From the NCBI RefSeq assembly GCF_009914755.1, contig NC_060948.1: a stretch of 64,000 nucleotides of DNA; one strand, 5' to 3'. A model generated the notes under the pieces. The model did no database searches, had not been told where the DNA came from, and saw only the letters and a program-made list of their open reading frames with translations. Shown here piece by piece: positions 53,731-64,000 of the stretch (within the stretch, counting starts at the first letter, position 1; each line of letters begins with the position of its first letter). The DNA comes from the human T2T-CHM13v2.0 reference genome, Homo sapiens. The position numbers were made by a program, and so were the translations under genes.

Positions 53731-56700
53731 AGGCCTGGAATAAAGTGGAATGCTACGGTCTCGAATGGAATAAAAATGTATGGAATGGAATGCAATGAAA
53801 CGGAATCGAATGTCATAGAATGTAATGGAATGCAAAAAAATGGAATCCAAAATCATTGACTGGAAAGGCTGGGTGTCGAAAGGAATTGACTCCAATGGAA
53901 TGGAATCGAATGGAATGGAAGTGAATAGAATCGAACTAAATCGAATGGAATGGAATTGATAGGAACGGAATGGAAAGGAATGCAATGATTTGGCATGGAA
54001 TGGAATCGAATGGCATCGAATGGAATGGAATGGAATGCAATGGAATGGAATGTATTAGAATGTAATGAACTTTAATGGAATGTACTCGAATGGATTCGAC
54101 TGGAATGGAATGTTCTGGAAGTGAATGGACTCCAATGGAATGGATTCAAAAGGAATGGAATCGTACGGAATGGAATCTAATGGAATGGAATTAAATGGAA
54201 ATGAATCAAATTGAATAGCACGGAATTGAATTGAATGGAATGGAATGCAATGGAATCTAATGAAACGGAAAGGAAAGGAATGGAATGGAATGGAATGGGC
54301 TGGAATGGAAAGGAATCGAAACGAATGGAATGGAATCGAACTGAAGAGACTGGAATGGAATGCACTGGAATGGAAGGGAGTGTAATGGAAGGTTCTCGAA
54401 AAAAATGGAATCGAATGGAATGGAATTGAATGGAACGGAATAGAGTCGAATGGAATTGAATGGAATGGAATGGACTAGAGTGAAATGGAATCGAACCACA
54501 AGGAATGGACAGGAATAGAATGGTCTCGAATTGAATGGAATCGTATGGAATGGCATCAAACGGAATGGAATGGACAGCCACGGAATGGAATGCACTCGAA
54601 TGCAATGGAGTCGAAACTAATGGACTGGAATAGAATGGACTCGACTGGTACGGACTCCAATGGAATGGAATCGAATGGAAGGGAATCGAACGGAATGGAC
54701 TCGAAGGGAAAAGACTGCAATGGAAAGGTCTCGAATGGAATGGAAATTAATGGAATGGAATGGAATCGAATGAAATGGAGTCAAAAGGAATGGAATCGAA
54801 TGGCAAGAAATCGAATGTAATGGAATCGCAAGGAATTGATGTGAACGGAACGGAATGGAATGGAATCCAAAGGAATGGAATAGAATGGAATGGAATCGAA
54901 TGGAAAGGACTCGAATGGAAATCACTCGAATAGAATGCAATTTAATAAAATAGGATCAAATGGAATGGAATGGAATGGAAAGGAATCGAAACGAAAGGAA
55001 TGGAGACAGATGGAATGGAATGGAACAGAGAGCAATGGTATAGAATGGAATGGAATCATCTGGAATGGAATTGAATGGAATGGAATAATATGAAATGGAA
55101 TGGAATGGAATGGAATGGAATGCCCTTGAATTAAATGGACTGGAATGGAATGGACTCGAACAGAGTGGAATGGAAAGTGTTGAGATAGAATGCAATGGAC
55201 TCCTTTGGAATGGTGTAGTATGCAATGCAATCGACTGGCAGGGAATCAAAAGGAATGTAATGGAATGGATTGGACTGGAATGCAATGGACTCGAATAGAT
55301 TGGAAACGGAATGCAAAGGAATGGAATGGAATAGTATGGAATGGAATGGAAAGGAATGGAGTGGAATAGACTAGAGTGGAATGGAATGGACTGGAAAGCA
55401 ATGGACTGGAATGGAACTTTCTTGAATGGACTGGAATCAAACGGAATGGAATGCAATGCAATCAAATGGCATGGAATAAAATAGAATGAAAGAGAATCAA
55501 ATGGAATTGAATCGAATGGAATCGAATGGATTGGAAAGGAATAGAATGGAATGGAATGGAATTGACTCAAATGGAATGGACTAGAATGGAATGGATTCGA
55601 ATGGAAGGCAAAGGAATGGAATCTATTGGAATGGACTGTAATGGAATGGAATGGAAGGGATTGGAATGGACTCGAATGGAATGGACTGCAATAGAAAGGA
55701 TTCGAATGGAATGAAAAAGAATTGAATGGAATAGAACAGAATGGAATCAAATCGAATGAAATGGAATGGAATAGAAAGGAATGGAATGAAATGGAATGGA
55801 AAGGATTCGAATGGAATGCAATCGAATGGAATGGAATCGAACGGAATGGAATAAAATGGAAGAAAACTGGCAAGAAATGGAATCGAAATGAATGGAGTGT
55901 TATGGAACGGACTCAAAAGGAATTGAATGTAATAGAATGGAGTGGAGTGGACTCGAATATAATGGACTGGAATGGAATGAAATCACATGGAATGGGAACG
56001 AATGGAATGGAATGGAAAGGAATGGAATCGAATGGAAAGGAATCGAATGGAAGGGAATGAAATTGAATCAACAGGAATGGAAGGGAATAGAATAGACGGT
56101 AATGGAATGGACTCGAATAGAATGGACACGAATGCTGAAATTGAATGGACTCGAATGGAATGGAAACGAAAGGAATGTCATCGAATGGAATTGAATCGAT
56201 TGGAATGAAATCGCATAGAATGGAGTGGAATCAAATGGAATTGAATCGAAAGGAAAGGAAGCGAATGGACTGAAATGAAATGGAATGGAATTGAATGGAA
56301 AGTAATGCAATGGAATAGAATGGAACGAAATTTCACGGAATGGAATCAAACTGAATGGAATCAAATCAATGGAATCAAATCAAATGGAATGGAAAGGAAT
56401 TGAATGGAGTAGATTGGATTGGATGGGATTGGAATGAAATGTACTGGAAAGGACTCGAATTTCATGAAACGGAATGGAATGAATTGGAACGGAATGGACT
56501 CGAATGGAATGGAATGTCATGGAATGGCATCAAATGGAATGGCATCAAATGGAATGGAATCGAATGCAATGGAATGGAATGGAATGCATTGGAATGGAAT
56601 GTCCTCTAATGGAATGGATTCGAGTGGAATGGAATCGAATATAATGGAGTCGAATGAAATGGAATTGAAAGGAGTGGGATCGAATACAATGGAATATACT

Positions 56701-57289
56701 GGAATGTAATGTAATGAACTCGAATGTAATTGACTGGAATGGAATGTACATGAATGGAATGTAATCGAATGGAAAGTAATCCAATGGAATAGAATCTAAT
56801 GCAATAAAACCGACTCAGATAGAGTAGAATGTAATGGAATGGAGTGCAGTGCAATGGAATGGAAGGGAATGGAATGCAATGGAATGGAATGGAATGGAAT
56901 GGAATGGAATGGAATGGAATGGAATGGGATGGAATGGGATGGAATGGATAGTAATGGACTGGAGTGAAATGGACTGGAAAGGAATGGACTCAAATTGAAA
57001 GGGCTCGAAAGGAATGGAGTCAAATGGAATGGTCTGGAATGGAATGAACACGAATGTAATGCAATCCAATAGAATGGAATCGAATGGCATGGAATATAAA
57101 GAAATGGAATCGAAGAGAATGGAAACAAATGGAATGGAATTGAATGGAATGGAATTGAATGGAATGGGAACGAATGGAGTGAAATTGTATGCAGTAGAAG
57201 GGAATAGAATGGAATGCAAGCGAAAGGAAAGGAATGGATTGGAATGGAATGGAATTCATTGGAATGGAAGGGAATGTAGTGTAATGGAC
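53731..57289 (+). repeat. DYZ1 unit U16, 3559 bp (10-bp deletion)
   Basis: AGGCCT 53731 to 57290; same deletion at ~56573. Confidence 0.92.
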
Positions 57290-60200
57290 AGGCCTGGAAT
57301 AAAGTGGAATGCTACGGTCTCGAATGGAATAAAAATGTATGGAATGGAATGCAATGAAACGGAATCGAATGTCATAGAATGTAATGGAATGCAAAAAAAT
57401 GGAATCCAAAATCATTGACTGGAAAGGCTGGGTGTCGAAAGGAATTGACTCCAATGGAATGGAATCGAATGGAATGGAAGTGAATAGAATCGAACTAAAT
57501 CGAATGGAATGGAATTGATAGGAACGGAATGGAAAGGAATGCAATGATTTGGCATGGAATGGAATCGAATGGCATCGAATGGAATGGAATGGAATGCAAT
57601 GGAATGGAATGTATTAGAATGTAATGAACTTTAATGGAATGTACTCGAATGGATTCGACTGGAATGGAATGTTCTGGAAGTGAATGGACTCCAATGGAAT
57701 GGATTCAAAAGGAATGGAATCGTACGGAATGGAATCTAATGGAATGGAATTAAATGGAAATGAATCAAATTGAATAGCACGGAATTGAATTGAATGGAAT
57801 GGAATGCAATGGAATCTAATGAAACGGAAAGGAAAGGAATGGAATGGAATGGAATGGGCTGGAATGGAAAGGAATCGAAACGAATGGAATGGAATCGAAC
57901 TGAAGAGACTGGAATGGAATGCACTGGAATGGAAGGGAGTGTAATGGAAGGTTCTCGAAAAAAATGGAATCGAATGGAATGGAATTGAATGGAACGGAAT
58001 AGAGTCGAATGGAATTGAATGGAATGGAATGGACTAGAGTGAAATGGAATCGAACCACAAGGAATGGACAGGAATAGAATGGTCTCGAATTGAATGGAAT
58101 CGTATGGAATGGCATCAAACGGAATGGAATGGACAGCCACGGAATGGAATGCACTCGAATGCAATGGAGTCGAAACTAATGGACTGGAATAGAATGGACT
58201 CGACTGGTACGGACTCCAATGGAATGGAATCGAATGGAAGGGAATCGAACGGAATGGACTCGAAGGGAAAAGACTGCAATGGAAAGGTCTCGAATGGAAT
58301 GGAAATTAATGGAATGGAATGGAATCGAATGAAATGGAGTCAAAAGGAATGGAATCGAATGGCAAGAAATCGAATGTAATGGAATCGCAAGGAATTGATG
58401 TGAACGGAACGGAATGGAATGGAATCCAAAGGAATGGAATAGAATGGAATGGAATCGAATGGAAAGGACTCGAATGGAAATCACTCGAATAGAATGCAAT
58501 TTAATAAAATAGGATCAAATGTAATGGAATGGAATGGAAAGGAATCGAAACGAAAGGAATGGAGACAGATGGAATGGAATGGAACAGAGTGCAATGGTAT
58601 AGAATGGAATGGAATCATCTGGAATGGAATTGAATGGAATGGAATAATATGAAATGGAATGGAATGGAATGGAATGGAATGCCCTTGAATTAAATGGACT
58701 GGAATGGAATGGACTCGAACAGAGTGGAATGGAAAGTGTTGAGATAGAATGGAATGGACTCCTTTGGAATGGTGTAGTATGCAATGCAATCGACTGGCAG
58801 GGAATCAAAAGGAATGTAATGGAATGGATTGGACTGGAATGCAATGGACTCGAATAGATTGGAAACGGAATGCAAAGGAATGGAATGGAATAGTATGGAA
58901 TGGAATGGAAAGGAATGGAGTGGAATAGACTAGAGTGGAATGGAATGGACTGGAAAGCAATGGACTGGAATGGAACTTTCTTGAATGGACTGGAATCAAA
59001 CGGAATGGAATGCAATGCAATCAAATGGCATGGAATAAAATAGAATGAAAGAGAATCAAATGGAATTGAATCGAATGGAATCGAATGGATTGGAAAGGAA
59101 TAGAATGGAATGGAATTGAATTGACTCAAATGGAATGGACTAGAATGGAATGGATTCGAATGGAAGGCAAAGGAATGGAATCTATTGGAATGGAATGTAA
59201 TGGAATGGAATGGAAGGGATTGGAATGGACTCGAATGGAATGGACTGCAATAGAAAGGATTCGAATGGAATGAAAAAGAATTGAATGGAATAGAACAGAA
59301 TGGAATCAAATCGAATGAAATGGAATGGAATAGAAAGGAATGGAATGAAATGGAATGGAAAGGATTCGAATGGAATGCAATCGAATGGAATGGAATCGAA
59401 CGGAATGGAATAAAATGGAAGAAAACTGGCAAGAAATGGAATCGAAATGAATGGAGTGTTATGGAACGGACTCAAAACGAATTGAATGTAATAGAATGGA
59501 GTGGAGTGGACTCGAATATAATGGACTGGAATGGAATGAAATCACATGGAATGGGAACGAATGGAATGGAATGGAAAGGAATGGAATCGAATGGAAAGGA
59601 ATCGAATGGAAGGGAATGAAATTGAATCAACAGGAATGGAAGGGAATAGAATAGACGGTAATGGAATGGACTCGAATAGAATGGACACGAATGCTGAAAT
59701 TGAATGGACTCGAATGGAATGGAAACGAAAGGAATGTCATCGAATGGAATTGAATCGATTGGAATGAAATCGCATAGAATGGAGTGGAATCAAATGGAAT
59801 TGAATCGAAAGGAAAGGAAGCGAATGGACTGAAATGAAATGGAATGGAATTGAATGGAAAGTAATGCAATGGAATAGAATGGAACGAAATTTCACGGAAT
59901 GGAATCAAACTGAATGGAATCAAATCAATGGAATCAAATCAAATGGAATGGAAAGGAATTGAATGGAGTAGATTGGATTGGATGGGATTGGAATGAAATG
60001 TACTGGAAAGGACTCGAATTTCATGAAACGGAATGGAATGAATTGGAACGGAATGGACTCGAATGGAATGGAATGTCATGGAATGGCATCAAATGGAATG
60101 GCATCAAATGGAATGGAATCGAATGCAATGGAATGGAATGGAATGCATTGGAATGGAATGTCCTCTAATGGAATGGATTCGAGTGGAATGGAATCGAATA

Positions 60201-60848
60201 TAATGGAGTCGAATGAAATGGAATTGAAAGGAGTGGGATCGAATACAATGGAATATACTGGAATGTAATGTAATGAACTCGAATGTAATTGACTGGAATG
60301 GAATGTACATGAATGGAATGTAATCGAATGGAAAGTAATCCAATGGAATAGAATCTAATGCAATAAAACCGACCCAGATAGAGTAGAATGTAATGGAATG
60401 GAGTGCAGTGCAATGGAATGGAAGGGAATGGAATGCAATGGAATGGAATGGAATGGAATGGAATGGAATGGAATGGAATGGAATGGGATGGAATGGGATG
60501 GAATGGATAGTAATGGACTGGAGTGAAATGGACTGGAAAGGAATGGACTCAAATTGAAAGGGCTCGAAAGGAATGGAGTCAAATGGAATGGTCTGGAATG
60601 GAATGAACACGAATGTAATGCAATCCAATAGAATGGAATCGAATGGCATGGAATATAAAGAAATGGAATCGAAGAGAATGGAAACAAATGGAATGGAATT
60701 GAATGGAATGGAATTGAATGGAATGGGAACGAATGGAGTGAAATTGTATGCAGTAGAAGGGAATAGAATGGAATGCAAGCGAAAGGAAAGGAATGGATTG
60801 GAATGGAATGGAATTCATTGGAATGGAAGGGAATGTAGTGTAATGGAC
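57290..60848 (+). repeat. DYZ1 unit U17, 3559 bp (10-bp deletion)
   Basis: AGGCCT 57290 to 60849; same deletion at ~60132. Confidence 0.92.
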
Positions 60849-63800
60849 AGGCCTGGAATAAAGTGGAATGCTACGGTCTCGAATGGAATAAAAATGTATG
60901 GAATGGAATGCAATGAAACGGAATCGAATGTCATAGAATGTAATGGAATGCAAAAAAATGGAATCCAAAATCATTGACTGGAAAGGCTGGGTGTCGAAAG
61001 GAATTGACTCCAATGGAATGGAATCGAATGGAATGGAAGTGAATAGAATCGAACTAAATCGAATGGAATGGAATTGATAGGAACGGAATGGAAAGGAATG
61101 CAATGATTTGGCATGGAATGGAATCGAATGGCATCGAATGGAATGGAATGGAATGCAATGGAATGGAATGTATTAGAATGTAATGAACTTTAATGGAATG
61201 TACTCGAATGGATTCGACTGGAATGGAATGTTCTGGAAGTGAATGGACTCCAATGGAATGGATTCAAAAGGAATGGAATCGTACGGAATGGAATCTAATG
61301 GAATGGAATTAAATGGAAATGAATCAAATTGAATAGCACGGAATTGAATTGAATGGAATGGAATGCAATGGAATCTAATGAAACGGAAAGGAAAGGAATG
61401 GAATGGAATGGAATGGGCTGGAATGGAAAGGAATCGAAACGAATGGAATGGAATCGAACTGAAGAGACTGGAATGGAATGCACTGGAATGGAAGGGAGTG
61501 TAATGGAAGGTTCTCGAAAAAAATGGAATGGAATGGAATGGAATTGAATGGAACGGAATAGAGTCGAATGGAATTGAATGGAATGGAATGGACTAGAGTG
61601 AAATGGAATCGAACCACAAGGAATGGACAGGAATAGAATGGTCTCGAATTGAATGGAATCGTATGGAATGGCATCAAACGGAATGGAATGGACAGCCACG
61701 GAATGGAATGCACTCGAATGCAATGGAGTCGAAACTAATGGACTGGAATAGAATGGACTCGACTGGTACGGACTCCAATGGAATGGAATCGAATGGAAGG
61801 GAATCGAACGGAATGGACTCGAAGGGAAAAGACTGCAATGGAAAGGTCTCGAATGGAATGGAAATTAATGGAATGGAATGGAATCGAATGAAAAGGAGTC
61901 AAAAGGAATGGAATCGAATGGCAAGAAATCGAATGTAATGGAATCGCAAGGAATTGATGTGAACGGAACGGAATGGAATGGAATCCAAAGGAATGGAATA
62001 GAATGGAATGGAATCGAATGGAAAGGACTCGAATGGAAATCACTCGAATAGAATGCAATTTAATAAAGTAGGATCAAATGTAATGGAATGGAATGGAAAG
62101 GAATCGAAACGAAAGGAATGGAGACAGATGGAATGGAATGGAACAGAGAGCAATGGTATAGAATGGAATGGAATCATCTGGAATGGAATTGAATGGAATG
62201 GAATAATATGAAATGGAATGGAATGGAATGGAATGAAATGCCCTTGAATTAAATGGACTGGAATGGAATGGACTCGAACAGAGTGGAATGGAAAGTGTTG
62301 AGATAGAATGGAATGGACTCCTTTGGAATGGTGTAGTATGCAATGCAATCGACTGGCAGGGAATCAAAAGGAATGTAATGGAATGGATTGGACTGGAATG
62401 CAATGGACTCGAATAGATTGGAAACGGAATGCAAAGGAATGGAATGGAATAGTATGGAATGGAATGGAAAGGAATGGAGTGGAATAGACTAGAGTGGAAT
62501 GCAATGGACTGGAAAGCAATGGACTGGAATGGAACTTTCTTGAATGGACTGGAATCAAACGGAATGGAATGCAATGCAATCAAATGGCATGGAATAAAAT
62601 AGAATGAAAGAGAATCAAATGGAATTGAATCGAATGGAATCGAATGGATTGGAAAGGAATAGAATGGAATGGAATGGAATGGACTAGAATGGAATGGATT
62701 CGAATGGAAGGCAAAGGAATGGAATCTATTGGAATGGACTGTAATGGAATGGAATGGAAGGGATTGGAATGGACTCGAATGGAATGGACTGCAATAGAAA
62801 GGATTCGAATGGAATGAAAAAGAATTGAATGGAATAGAACAGAATGGAATCAAATCGAATGAAATGGAATGGAATAGAAAGGAATGGAATGAAATGGAAT
62901 GGAAAGGATTCGAATGGAATGCAATCGAATGGAATGGAATCGAACGGAATGGAATAAAATGGAAGAAAACTGGCAAGAAATGGAATCGAAATGAATGGAG
63001 TGTTATGGAACGGACTCAAAAGGAATTGAATGTAATAGAATGGAGTGGAGTGGACTCGAATATAATGGACTGGAATGGAATGAAATCACATGGAATGGGA
63101 ACGAATGGAATGGAATGGAAAGGAATGGAATCGAATGGAAAGGAATCGAATGGAAGGGAATGAAATTGAATCAACAGGAATGGAAGGGAATAGAATAGAC
63201 GGTAATGGAATGGACTCGAATAGAATGGACACGAATGCTGAAATTGAATGGACTCGAATGGAATGGAAACGAAAGGAATGTCATCGAATGGAATTGAATC
63301 GATTGGAATGAAATCGCATAGAATGGAGTGGAATCAAATGGAATTGAATCGAAAGGAAAGGAAGCGAATGGACTGAAATGAAATGGAATGGAATTGAATG
63401 GAAAGTAATGCAATGGAATAGAATGGAACGAAATTTCACGGAATGGAATCAAACTGAATGGAATCAAATCAATGGAATCAAATCAAATGGAATGGAAAGG
63501 AATTGAATGGAGTAGATTGGATTGGATGGGATTGGAATGAAATGTACTGGAAAGGACTCGAATTTCATGAAACGGAATGGAATGAATTGGAACGGAATGG
63601 ACTCGAATGGAATGGAATGTCATGAAATGGCATCAAATGGAATGGCATCAAATGGAATGGAATCGAATGCAATGGAATGCTATGGAATGGAATGGAATGC
63701 ATTGGAATGGAATGTCCTCTAATGGAATGGATTCGAGTGGAATGGAATCGAATATAATGGAGTCGAATGAAATGGAATTGAAAGGAATGGGATCGAATAC

Positions 63801-64000
63801 AATGGAATATACTGGAATGTAATGTAATGAACTCGAATGTAATTGACTGGAATGGAATGTACATGAATGGAATGTAATCGAATGGAAAGTAATCCAATGG
63901 AATAGAATCTAATGCAATAAAATCGACTCAGATAGAGTAGAATGTAATGGAATGGAGTGCAGTGCAATGGAATGGAATGGAATGGAATGCAATGGAATGG
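60849..64000 (+). repeat. DYZ1 unit U18, truncated by the window end (15-bp deletion)
   Basis: Starts at AGGCCT 60849; lacks TGACTCAAATGGAAT at ~62680. Confidence 0.92.

Larger units (their letters stand above)
1..64000 (+). repeat. DYZ1: Human satellite III array, DYZ1 family (Yq12 heterochromatin), GGAAT-rich strand on +
   Basis: Diverged (GGAAT)n throughout, with variants such as CGAAT, GCAAT, GGACT and GTAAT. Landmarks (e.g. GACAGGCCTGGAATAAAG, AGGCTGGGTGTCG) recur every 3559-3584 bp, mode 3569. One HaeIII GGCC and one EcoRI GAATTC seen per unit, as in the classical ~3.56 kb male-specific DYZ1 repeat. HSat3 is certain; the DYZ1/Y assignment rests on unit length and site pattern, not a database search. 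Confidence 0.95.

Noticed and set aside
1-64000. CRISPR-like or repeat-spacer array, or a prokaryotic system
   Set aside because: There are no unique spacers and no cas or other genes; the whole 3.57 kb unit is repeated
1-64000. DYZ2 (HSat1B/Alu) block, L1 or Alu insertion, or inversion junction
   Set aside because: No AT-rich or Alu sequence, poly-A tail or switch to the CATTC strand; unit spacings deviate by at most 15 bp

Overview
The whole 64 kb window is one uninterrupted, single-orientation tandem array of human satellite III (HSat3). It is built from diverged GGAAT/CATTC pentamers organised into a ~3.57 kb unit. The modal unit length is 3569 bp, with one HaeIII/StuI site (AGGCCT) and one EcoRI site seen per unit. 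This matches DYZ1 of human Yq12 heterochromatin. There are 17 complete units (3559-3584 bp) and two partial ones. I see no genes, RNA genes, Alu/DYZ2 blocks, transposons or inversions, and the supplied ORFs are artefacts of the pentamer repeat. I found no convincing novel system. The most interesting signal is three perfect in-phase heat-shock elements (nGAAnnTTCnnGAAn) per unit, plus a fourth gained in two units. The array's history is also readable: a nascent 7128-bp dimer, chimeric units, a divergent patch and local indels. Variants were read by eye and need confirmation by alignment.
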